Below the pieces are notes generated by a model, which was not told the DNA's origin, ran no database searches, and saw nothing but the letters and a program-made list of their open reading frames with translations. DNA of 15,811 nt from assembly GCA_051117555.1 (NCBI GenBank), contig JBNPEG010000104.1, forward strand, positions 1 to 15,811, given 5' to 3'. Numbering within the stretch: position 1 is the first letter of the stretch; every line of letters begins with the position of its first letter. Origin of the DNA: Elainellaceae cyanobacterium (GTDB taxonomy: Bacteria > Cyanobacteriota > Cyanobacteriia > CAZCXK01). This document shows, piece by piece, positions 1 to 7,126 of this stretch. Made by a program: the position numbers and the translations under genes.

Positions 1-357
1 CTTGCCATCCTTGATATGCACCACGGTTACACCTTCATTCCGGTATTCGTTACGCTGCTGATCCCATAGAGTGGCGTTCCACTGTACTGCAAGCTGATTT
101 GAAGCGCCGATCGCCCAAATGTTACTGACAAAAATCTGCTTGACCTCGAAGTGGACGTCAGGGAATTGATTGCGAAACGTCTTGAACCAGGCGTGAATTT
201 CATCCATACCATGAAACGTTCCACTCAACTCCGATTTGCCTGGAAAGATATACGTCGTATCATCTGTCCAGTTATCTAGAAAAGCATCGATATCCCCTCG
301 ATTGCGAGCAGCAAACTGTTCGTGTACTCGTCGCTTGGCTATCATCGCTCCGATCAT
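1..357 (-). CDS. SnoaL-like / NTF2-family protein, partial (runs off the window edge)
   Basis: Hand translation from ATG at 357: MIGAMIAKRRVHEQFAARNRGDIDAFLDNWTDDTTYIFPGKSELSGTFHGMDEIHAWFKTF...EGVTVVHIKDGK, open to base 1. The 'FAAxNxGDIDA...DD...PG...G.F.G..EI..WF' and 'V..I.DGK' pattern is typical of SnoaL/NTF2 folds. Absent from the ORF track because there is no stop in the window. Confidence 0.85.
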   Translation of the reverse strand, partial: MIGAMIAKRRVHEQFAARNRGDIDAFLDNWTDDTTYIFPGKSELSGTFHGMDEIHAWFKTFRNQFPDVHFEVKQIFVSNIWAIGASNQLAVQWNATLWDQQRNEYRNEGVTVVHIKDGK

Positions 358-393
358 GGCATTTCCAGTATCTTTAGCGCATCAGGTGATCGA

Positions 394-603
394 CTACTCA
401 GACTCAGCACGTTCTTCCATAGTTTGACGAAGATGCTTTTCATGTTGGCGTTGCTTTGTCATATCTTCCCGTGCCTTCTCATCGGCAGGAGACTGATCGC
501 CTGCCCGGATTTCTTCATCCGCACGACTCGACATGGTTTCTTGCGCGTGAGCGTCATGCTGCCGTTGGGCGGTCATTTTTTCGCGACTTTTTTCCTCAGA
601 CAT
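394..603 (-). CDS. 69-aa hydrophilic protein with two ~29-aa repeats (38-aa period); resembles the IF7/GifA core
   Basis: ATG at 603 is preceded by AAGGAG (RBS). Repeats are EKSREKMTAQRQHDAHAQETMSSRADEE and EKAREDMTKQRQHEKHLRQTMEERAESE. The ORF-track start at 684 is less likely. The CDS is well supported; the family call is tentative. Confidence 0.75.
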   Translation of the reverse strand: MSEEKSREKMTAQRQHDAHAQETMSSRADEEIRAGDQSPADEKAREDMTKQRQHEKHLRQTMEERAESE

Positions 604-701
604 TGTGAAGTCTCCTTGACTTGATAATCCTTCTCTTTCGGGATACCAAGTTGATGGCAAGCCTGACATCTCTCCAAAGGGCAAGACTGCAAGGGTTTAA
701 T

Positions 702-725
702 TACAGAATCTGTAGCATTGCATTC
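702..725. promoter_or_regulatory. Palindrome TACAGA-A-TCTGTA overlapping an imperfect NtcA-like site GTA-N8-TTC
   Basis: The perfect 6-bp IR is at 702-714. GTAgcattgcaTTC at 712-725 has 1 mismatch to GTA-N8-TAC and lies about 110 bp upstream of the 603 start. Confidence 0.25.
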
Positions 726-734
726 AAATCAACC

Positions 735-821
735 TATAGCGATCCTAACGCTTGTGAAGTGTGTGTGAGTGGTGGGGCGGGTGCCGGCCCCACCACTCAC
801 AACCCATTTGGGATTGCTATG
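735..821. mobile_element. Miniature inverted-repeat element, family A, copy 1
   Basis: Ends ATAGCGATCC / GGATTGCTAT are inverted. Internal perfect 15-bp stem at 764-778/787-801. A near-identical copy lies at 3380-3471. Confidence 0.8.
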
Positions 822-985
822 TTAGGTCATTGTTAAAAGCTAAAATTCCTGAACAGCACGAGTTACTGGTTTGACACGCCTAACATAGTGCAAATCCTTA
901 AAGGCTGAAACTCCTGAACCCGTTGCGTTACGCTGTGCTAACAGCACCCTGTCTAATGCATTATTTTAGCTGTGCCATGCCACTA
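817..985. repeat. Cluster of small IR/REP-like sequences
   Basis: 10-bp IR CTATGTTAGG (817-826) / CCTAACATAG (879-888). Imperfect direct repeat aaaagctaaaattcctgaac / aaaggctgaaactcctgaac. REP-like hairpin at about 921-952 (minus strand AGGGTGCTGTTAGCACAGCGTAACGC). Confidence 0.5.
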
Positions 986-1044
986 TGCTGTAGTTTTGAT
1001 GCGACAGTATGGTTAAAGCAAGATAGTCGCTAAGACTTGAAAGG

Positions 1045-1926
1045 ATGGATATGACCGAGTCGAGTTCGCCCAATATCTGGCTGATTGAGCTGCAAGATCT
1101 CCTGCGGGGGGCAGCGGGAGGGTTTTTGTTTGGCATTCCGCTGCTCTACACGATTGAAGTTTGGTCAATTGGGTCATCCGCGCGATCGCCCATGTTATTG
1201 GTCGTATTAGGGGCGACGTTTATCATTGTGCTGCTGCTCACCCAGGTCGAAGGCTTCCGGCGGACGTTGACGCTCCATCCGCTTGAAGCCGTGATGGAAA
1301 GCATCGAGGCGTTGAGTTTGGGGTTGGTCTGCGCGGCGATCGCCCTGATATTACTGCGTCGCATTACGCTAGAAACACCGCTATCCGAAACCCTAGGCAA
1401 GCTCATTTTTGAGGGCGTGCCGTTTTCGATTGGGGTGGCGTTGGCTCGGTCGACGCTGAGTGGCGATCGCGTCCGTAGCCGCAACCGTCGGATGTCGAGC
1501 AGTCGGTTTTCACCCCCCACCCGATTTAATTTGCGCGATACGCTGATCGACTTCGACGCAACGCTGATTGGAGCAGTTATTATTGCCTTTAGTATTGCCC
1601 CAACCGAAGAAATTCCCATTTTGGCAGCGGACATTCCACCCCTGTGGCTGTTGCTGATTATGTCGGCGTCGCTGTTGCTATCCTATGGCATTGTGTTTGC
1701 CTCAGGCTTTGCCAATCGGGCGGAGCGTCAACAGCGAGGTCTATTGATCAGCCCCACGACCGAAACACTTGTGGCCTACTTAGTGGCACTGGTGGCATCT
1801 GTTATGATGCTGGTCTTTTTTCAACAGTTAAATTTACAAGATCCCTGGCAGGAGTGGTTGAGCGATACGATTGTATTGGGCCTGCCTGCTTCGATTGGCG
1901 GAGCCGCAGGACGCATCCTAATTTAA
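1045..1926 (+). CDS. TIGR02587-family (DUF2391) integral membrane protein
   Basis: Multi-TM 293 aa with family motifs 'RGAAGGFLFGIPLLYTIEVW', 'PFSIGVALA', 'IAPTEEI' and C-terminal 'VLGLPASIGGAAGRILI'. Confidence 0.9.
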   Translation: MDMTESSSPNIWLIELQDLLRGAAGGFLFGIPLLYTIEVWSIGSSARSPMLLVVLGATFIIVLLLTQVEGFRRTLTLHPLEAVMESIEALSLGLVCAAIALILLRRITLETPLSETLGKLIFEGVPFSIGVALARSTLSGDRVRSRNRRMSSSRFSPPTRFNLRDTLIDFDATLIGAVIIAFSIAPTEEIPILAADIPPLWLLLIMSASLLLSYGIVFASGFANRAERQQRGLLISPTTETLVAYLVALVASVMMLVFFQQLNLQDPWQEWLSDTIVLGLPASIGGAAGRILI

Positions 1927-1927
1927 T

Positions 1928-2395
1928 ATGAACGAATTCGTTAACACGTCAGATAAATCCTCAGAGCCTTACGGTAACGCCGAGACACCGCTTGAAACGC
2001 CCAGCGCCGCTAATCAGGCACCGCGATCGCTAGCAGAGTGGATCACATTACTGATTGCGACGCTGATCTTATTAATTCTCACGGGGTTGGTTTTCTATGA
2101 TTGGCAGGTGACTCAACATCGCCCCCCTGCCTTTCAAATTGAAGTGACGGAGACAGCACGAGTAACAGACGGACGCTATTACGTGCCATTTATGATTAAG
2201 AACACGGGCGGACGAATTGCTCGAACGGTTCAAGTCACAGCCGAACTTCATCTCGACGGCTTAGACGACGAAACCGGAGAGCAACAGATTGATTTTCTAT
2301 CTGGCAATGAGCGTAAGCGCGGCAGTTTTGTGTTTACTCATAATCCGCAAGAGGGAGAACTCCTAATTCGGGTCGCAAGCTATCGATTGCCATAG
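1928..2395 (+). CDS. TIGR02588-family protein (single TM plus Ig-like beta domain)
   Basis: Starts 1 nt after the TIGR02587 gene, its usual partner. Motifs 'RSLAEW', 'YYVPFxIxNTGG..A..VQV', 'IDFLSGNE...GSFVF..NP' and 'SY.LP'. Confidence 0.88.
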   Translation: MNEFVNTSDKSSEPYGNAETPLETPSAANQAPRSLAEWITLLIATLILLILTGLVFYDWQVTQHRPPAFQIEVTETARVTDGRYYVPFMIKNTGGRIARTVQVTAELHLDGLDDETGEQQIDFLSGNERKRGSFVFTHNPQEGELLIRVASYRLP

Positions 2396-2875
2396 CGGAT
2401 ACGCCCCAAAATATTTAAAAGTTTTTGAACGAATTAGCCCCCACTTAAGGGACGTTTACACTACACTTGAAATTGCTTAAAAAGCATCTCTCAATTAAAT
2501 ATCTCAAACCCCAAACCATTTGGGATTCGTCTGAGCTTTAACTGCTGAATAACGGCATCGACTGTATCGGTATCCTATTCGTTGGCATTGGAGCATGATG
2601 AAATACTGCCGTTCTCACCCTCGTCTCGCTGGGATACAGCACATCCGTCGAACCGTATCGTCTGCTACGTCGACGCCCTCTTGGATCAATGCGATCGTCT
2701 GTCTACAGTCGATCGCGGTTGAAGATTTTGAATATTACGCGATCTACGAGTCAAATTATTTTGACCTGTTGATTAGCTTTATGATCTTCAAACCCATCGA
2801 AATGTTTTGTGAGGCTGCGGCTGAGGTTGTCTCAGCTCAAGGGCGATCGCTGTTGAGCCGAATGTCTTAGATACT

Positions 2876-2927
2876 ATCTAAACGTGGCGTCTTAAAATGG
2901 CATCTTAAAATGGCATCTTAAAATGGT
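2876..2927. repeat. 13-bp tandem repeat (ATCTTAAAATGGC) x4, first copy degenerate
   Basis: atctaaacgtggc gtcttaaaatggc atcttaaaatggc atcttaaaatggt. Confidence 0.9.
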
Positions 2928-2942
2928 GTAAACTTTTGTTAA
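2925..2942 (-). promoter_or_regulatory. HLR1-like (RpaB) direct repeat
   Basis: Minus strand reads TTAACAAA-AG-TTTACACC versus consensus (G/T)TTACA(T/A)(T/A)-N2-repeat, with 3 mismatches. It ends 18 bp before the ATG. Confidence 0.3.
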
Positions 2943-2960
2943 AGTTTCATCGTCAACGCC

Positions 2961-3377
2961 ATGTCAACCCACGGATTCGGAAAGACTCAATCTGCTAAGA
3001 GTTCTCGCTCGGCTAAGCGTACCAAAGCAGCCCAGCAATACGATCGGATGAGATCGGATGGAACCCCAGATTTTGAAGTGTATATCCGCATCCAAGGTAA
3101 GACGCAGTGGTATCCGGTTGGAGCGATCGCCGTCAAGCGCTCTAGCCAGGTTAATCGAGCTATTTTTAGCAGCCAAGACGAATTGCTGAAGGGAGCGTTT
3201 CGGCTCTACCCGGTTTTGCGAAAACACCAGCAAAATTTGGAATATGGCTATCGTCTCAAAGAATTTAAAGATGACCCGATTCAGCTTGCTGTTCCTCCAA
3301 CTCGGACGAGAGGCGGCACAGTGCAGAGTGTCATTTCTCAAATCAAAAATCGAGTATTATCTCTCATCAAGAATTAA
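2961..3377 (+). CDS. HHL1-like protein (homologue of plant HYPERSENSITIVE TO HIGH LIGHT 1)
   Basis: N-terminal GFGK, 'P.FEVYIR...K.QWYPVG.IAV.RS', 'L.KGA.RLYP.L', 'LEYGY.LKEF.DDPI'. Confidence 0.8.
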   Translation: MSTHGFGKTQSAKSSRSAKRTKAAQQYDRMRSDGTPDFEVYIRIQGKTQWYPVGAIAVKRSSQVNRAIFSSQDELLKGAFRLYPVLRKHQQNLEYGYRLKEFKDDPIQLAVPPTRTRGGTVQSVISQIKNRVLSLIKN

Positions 3378-3379
3378 TA

Positions 3380-3471
3380 TATGGCGATCCTAAATCGCTT
3401 GTGAAGTGTGTGTGAGCGGTGGGGCGGGCGCCGTCCGCCCCACCGCTCACAACCCATCTAGGATTGATATA
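3380..3471. mobile_element. Miniature inverted-repeat element, family A, copy 2
   Basis: Imperfect 16-bp TIRs TATGGCGATCCTAAAT / ATCTAGGATTGATATA. Perfect 17-bp internal stem at 3411-3427/3435-3451. Homologous to 735-821. Confidence 0.8.
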
Positions 3472-3505
3472 TAAACAATATATAATCACTCATTTAATTA
3501 TCATC

Positions 3506-3904
3506 ATGGGACAGTTAGAGCGCTTAGTCCTCATTGCAGAGGACGAATTAACCCAGTACAGCACCAACGCCCGCAAAATCGAAAAATTGCGGCAGAAAAT
3601 TGGTATCTCAGTTCCCCTTGCCGAACAGCGTCAAGTCAAAGATGCTCTACGTGCAGACATGCCAAACACGATGCTGAGTCAGTTGGTTGAGAACCAGCGT
3701 CAGACGGTTGCGCTGCCTTTTTGGGGAATTGCTGGCCTCGGTTTACTATTTGGAATCTCGATGGTTCAGCCGTTAGATTTTGTCATTGCGGCGGCGGCGG
3801 GCTTTGCCGCAATCAAGATTCAGCGGTGGGGATGGAAGCTTCAGGCAAAGCGACTGGTCTTGCAAACGCTAGACGATATCGAACAGCGTATTGCTTCTTC
3901 GTAA
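3506..3904 (+). CDS. Hypothetical membrane protein (132 aa, two C-terminal hydrophobic segments)
   Basis: ATG 3506 gives MGQLERLVLIAEDEL..., a helical N-terminus followed by PFWGIAGLGLLFGIS...FVIAAAAGFAAI. The track start at 3419 lies inside the repeat element. Confidence 0.8.
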   Translation: MGQLERLVLIAEDELTQYSTNARKIEKLRQKIGISVPLAEQRQVKDALRADMPNTMLSQLVENQRQTVALPFWGIAGLGLLFGISMVQPLDFVIAAAAGFAAIKIQRWGWKLQAKRLVLQTLDDIEQRIASS

Positions 3905-3940
3905 TTGTTTAATTTGGGTAACTTAATCCACTTTTTCTGG

Positions 3941-3991
3941 TGTAGGAGCGTTTCGCGTGTGCGTAGCCTTTCGCAGAGAAACGCTCCCACA
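3941..3991. repeat. GTAG-type REP palindrome with an enlarged loop, between convergent genes (possible terminator role)
   Basis: TGTAGGAGCGTTTC ... GAAACGCTCCCACA forms a 14-bp stem with 1 mismatch. Confidence 0.7.
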
Positions 3992-4003
3992 AATTGCGTA
4001 ATA

Positions 4004-5053
4004 TCAGCGATTCGTCTGATTTATTGCCCTGAATGGCTGATAGGCCTCATCCGGATGATAGAGGTGGCAGTAGTCCACGATATCTTTCATTAGCGCCCAG
4101 GAAAATTTGTGTTCTTTCAAATAGCTACCCCAATCTTGGGAGAGGCTATCATGCGCCATTCGCAGGTTATAAGCAGGAATCGCCACAGAAATATGGTGGG
4201 GCACATGCACATTAATGTCATGGCATAGTAGCTCAACCCACCGAGGATAGCTGCAATGAGCGGTTCCAGATAATTGTGCGTCTGCCGAATTCCAGGTTTC
4301 AGTGGGGTGAAATTGAATGTCTAGATTGGTGTGATGAACCAGCGTAAACGTGCTCATCCAGAAATGATAGACCAGCCAAGGCAGTAGCCAAAACTTAATC
4401 ACGCCCCCTATCCCGGTGGCGATCGCCACGCTAGGGAAGAAAATAGCTGCAAAGATGGCAACCAGTGTGATGGAAAACTTGACCTTGGGGCGATCGCGCA
4501 ATGAGAACTGGGAAAGGTCAAAATGCAAATTGCCCCAATGGGCAATTGATGCTAACCACCAAAATCGTCCCCTCAAGGCGCGGTAAATCGTTTGAATCAG
4601 CACAGGGGAGTTGATATAGGCATCGGTTGTCCACGGATGCCATGCATTATCAACCTGAAGCTTGTTGGTATGAACGTGATGGTGGTTATGAAGAATACGC
4701 CAGCTATGAAACGGGTACATGAGTGGCAGCATAAGAAGGTGCCCCACCCAATCGTTAATCCAGCGACGATTGCTAAAGGAACGATGCCCGCAATCATGGG
4801 CAAGCACAAAAAAGCCAGTGAGTGCTGTTCCAGTAAACACCCAAGTGATGGGTAAGAAAAACCAGGGTAATGCTGCAATTCCTGCGTATCCAAGCCCTAC
4901 AGCAGCAATGCTAAACATGAGTGATGTCCAGGCTTTGCGATGGTTTTTCTGAAAACATTCCTTGGGGAGCGTTTTGATAATATCTTGAAGCCGAATGTCG
5001 GTACCCACGGATGGGTTGGCTTCACTAGCAAACTGTGCCGTCGTTGCAGTCAT
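4004..5053 (-). CDS. desA: Delta-12 (omega-6) acyl-lipid desaturase
   Basis: His boxes HDCGH(RSF), HNHHH and (LCHDINV)HVPHH, in DesA-type context. ATG at 5053 gives 349 aa, a typical length. Confidence 0.93.
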   Translation of the reverse strand: MTATTAQFASEANPSVGTDIRLQDIIKTLPKECFQKNHRKAWTSLMFSIAAVGLGYAGIAALPWFFLPITWVFTGTALTGFFVLAHDCGHRSFSNRRWINDWVGHLLMLPLMYPFHSWRILHNHHHVHTNKLQVDNAWHPWTTDAYINSPVLIQTIYRALRGRFWWLASIAHWGNLHFDLSQFSLRDRPKVKFSITLVAIFAAIFFPSVAIATGIGGVIKFWLLPWLVYHFWMSTFTLVHHTNLDIQFHPTETWNSADAQLSGTAHCSYPRWVELLCHDINVHVPHHISVAIPAYNLRMAHDSLSQDWGSYLKEHKFSWALMKDIVDYCHLYHPDEAYQPFRAINQTNR

Positions 5054-5276
5054 GAAATCAATCAAGTCTCCATATATGCCGAGTGATTCAACCCGCGCAG
5101 GCAAAATCACCTGGCAGCCCAAAGAAGCGCATGACAGGAATACTGCTGCGTGCGTGGGGTGAATATCGATGTAAAGCCCTTAAGTGTGTATCTAGAGAGG
5201 TGCAGCCCCTTAGATGAGAATACTTAAAAAACCTTTACAATTTATAACACTCTTTGGGGCGACCGTCTCTATTAGG

Positions 5277-5329
5277 GGCTCTAATATCGATTCTGAGTTG
5301 GATTCTGAGTTGGATTCTGATATCGATTC
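5277..5329. repeat. 12-bp tandem repeat (GATTCTGAGTTG / GATTCTGATATC) ~4.4 copies
   Basis: ggctctaatatc gattctgagttg gattctgagttg gattctgatatc gattc. Confidence 0.85.
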
Positions 5330-5347
5330 GCGAGGCAAAGAGGAGAG

Positions 5348-6859
5348 TTACCCCAAAAACAATCGGTACGCTGGATTTTGGTTTTCGTCCCAATAGCGAT
5401 AGCCCAGTGTATCTAGAAACGCTTGCCATTCTTCTGTTTCGTGAGGCGGAACCTGCATCCCCACGAGAATGCGCCCATAGTCTGAGCCGTTATTGCGGTA
5501 GTGAAAGAGGCTGATATTCCAATCGGGGCTCATGCAGTTTACAAATTTCATCAACGCACCCGGGCGTTCGGGAAACTCAAAACGGTAGAGCCGTTCATTA
5601 TGGGCAAGGGGCGATCGCCCGCCCACCATATGCCGCAAATGCAGTTTTGCTAATTCGTCGTCAGTGAGATCAAGGGTTTTGAAGCCGCGAATTTCGAAGG
5701 TGTTTTTTATCATGGCGGCATCAGCGCGATTCTCGACTTGCACGCCAACAAAAATATGCGCGTTTGCTTGGTCAGCAATGCGATAGTTAAATTCGGTGAG
5801 ATTGCGCTTACCCATGCACGCACAAAATTGACGCAGACTTCCGGGTCTTTCAGGAATAGTCACCGCAAAAATGGCTTCGCGTTGTTCTCCTACTTCTGCT
5901 CTTTCCGCCACAAAGCGGAGGCGGTCAAAGTTCATGTTTGCGCCACACGCAACGGCAACGAGGGTCTGATGGCAAATGTGTTCTCGCTCGACATAGGCTT
6001 TGGCTCCAGCGATCGCCAATGCTCCGGCGGGTTCTAAGATTGATCGGGTATCTTCAAACACGTCTTTGATGGCTGCACAGGTATCATCGGTGCCGACCAA
6101 GATGATGTCATCTACATACTGCTGACAGAGGCGGAATGTTTCCTCTCCGACTTGGCGAACGGCTACCCCATCGGCAAATAGCCCGACTTGAGATAAACGA
6201 ACGCGATATCCAGCTTTAAGCGACTGGGACATAGCGTCTGCATCGATAGGCTCCACTCCAATAATCTTAATTTCAGGACGCAACCGCTTCACATAGGCAG
6301 CAATTCCAGAAATCAACCCCCCTCCACCAATGGCAACAAAAATGGCATGAATAGGTTGCTGATACTGTCGCAGAATCTCCATACCGATGGTGCCCTGTCC
6401 GGCAATTACATCCGGATCATCAAACGGATGGATAAACGTCAACCCTTTTTCTGCCCCCAGTTCACGGGCATGGGCATAGGCATCATCATAGGTTTCACCC
6501 TGCAACACCACCTCCCCTCCCCGAGTTTTGACCGCATCAATTTTGACTTGAGGAGTCGTGACAGGCATCACGATGATTGCACGAGTGCCAAGGTAGCAGG
6601 CTCCTAATGCCACACCCTGAGCATGGTTTCCTGCTGATGACGCAATCACCCCGTTCATCAACTGATCGGTCGGCAGTTGCGCCATCTTGTTGTAGGCTCC
6701 TCGCAATTTGAATGAAAAGACAGACTGCATGTCCTCTCGTTTCAGCAAAAGCTGATTGTTGAGCCGGACTGACAGACGAGGCGCGACATCGAGGGGAGTT
6801 TCTTGGGCAACATCGTAAACACGGGCGGTCAAGATGCGTTCGAGGTAGTCAGAATGCAT
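5348..6859 (-). CDS. ilvA: Threonine ammonia-lyase (biosynthetic, long form)
   Basis: KREDMQSVFSFKLRGAYN (PLP lysine), SAGNHAQG, HPFDD, GGGGL, GANMNFDRL, and two C-terminal ACT-like domains (PERPGSL, FPERPGAL). Confidence 0.98.
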   Translation of the reverse strand: MHSDYLERILTARVYDVAQETPLDVAPRLSVRLNNQLLLKREDMQSVFSFKLRGAYNKMAQLPTDQLMNGVIASSAGNHAQGVALGACYLGTRAIIVMPVTTPQVKIDAVKTRGGEVVLQGETYDDAYAHARELGAEKGLTFIHPFDDPDVIAGQGTIGMEILRQYQQPIHAIFVAIGGGGLISGIAAYVKRLRPEIKIIGVEPIDADAMSQSLKAGYRVRLSQVGLFADGVAVRQVGEETFRLCQQYVDDIILVGTDDTCAAIKDVFEDTRSILEPAGALAIAGAKAYVEREHICHQTLVAVACGANMNFDRLRFVAERAEVGEQREAIFAVTIPERPGSLRQFCACMGKRNLTEFNYRIADQANAHIFVGVQVENRADAAMIKNTFEIRGFKTLDLTDDELAKLHLRHMVGGRSPLAHNERLYRFEFPERPGALMKFVNCMSPDWNISLFHYRNNGSDYGRILVGMQVPPHETEEWQAFLDTLGYRYWDENQNPAYRLFLG

Positions 6860-6906
6860 AGGATGGGGATATAGACGGTCGCATGAACGACAATTCTACT
6901 CTATAA

Positions 6907-7085
6907 CTCAGCGACAAATCCGAGGATACCGAAGGATTTTTTGGACTGGATAGCCAAGGCGCGTTGAAGTATTCGTTCAAAGATGTGAGTATCGCGATCG
7001 CGCCCGTCCAGAACCGGGAGTCGTGCTTGGTTTGCTGAGCCTTGGGGCAATTGGTATTGTCACAGAACTTAGACGAACGCGCTAG
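6907..7085 (+). pseudogene. 3' remnant of a PEP-CTERM sorting-domain protein gene
   Basis: 7008-7085 reads PEPGVVLGLLSLGAIGIVTELRRTR*. The neighbouring frame 6907-7008 reads ...DTEGFFGLDSQGALKYSFKDVSIAIAPV. Adding one C at 7008 restores APVPEP. No ATG in either segment. Confidence 0.7.
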
Positions 7086-7098
7086 ATTAGATCAGTAC

Positions 7099-7126
7099 TG
7101 CGCTAAACGTTCTGTGCTAAACGTTC
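7099..7126. repeat. 14-bp tandem duplication abutting the mtfA start codon
   Basis: tgcgctaaacgttc tgtgctaaacgttc ATG. Confidence 0.85.

Noticed and set aside
604..700. Glutamine (glnA-type) riboswitch upstream of the IF7-like gene
   Set aside because: I could not find the recalled conserved core segments. An Rfam scan would be decisive.
27..836. Track ORFs 27..224, 236..427, 322..624 and 621..836
   Set aside because: They are shadows of the SnoaL and two-repeat genes, or read through the miniature element.
2595..2870. 91-aa ORF as a real gene
   Set aside because: No recognisable family, patchy composition, and it ends across hairpin/HIP1 sequence.
3419..3505. N-terminal extension of the hypothetical membrane protein
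   Set aside because: The GTG start lies inside the repeat element; ATG 3506 is more plausible.
5054..5122. Longer desA start (372 aa)
   Set aside because: TTG start with a non-homologous extension; ATG 5053 gives typical DesA length.
5214..5514. Short ORFs with DSEL/IRIQL repeats
   Set aside because: These are translations of the 12-bp tandem repeat and overlap ilvA.
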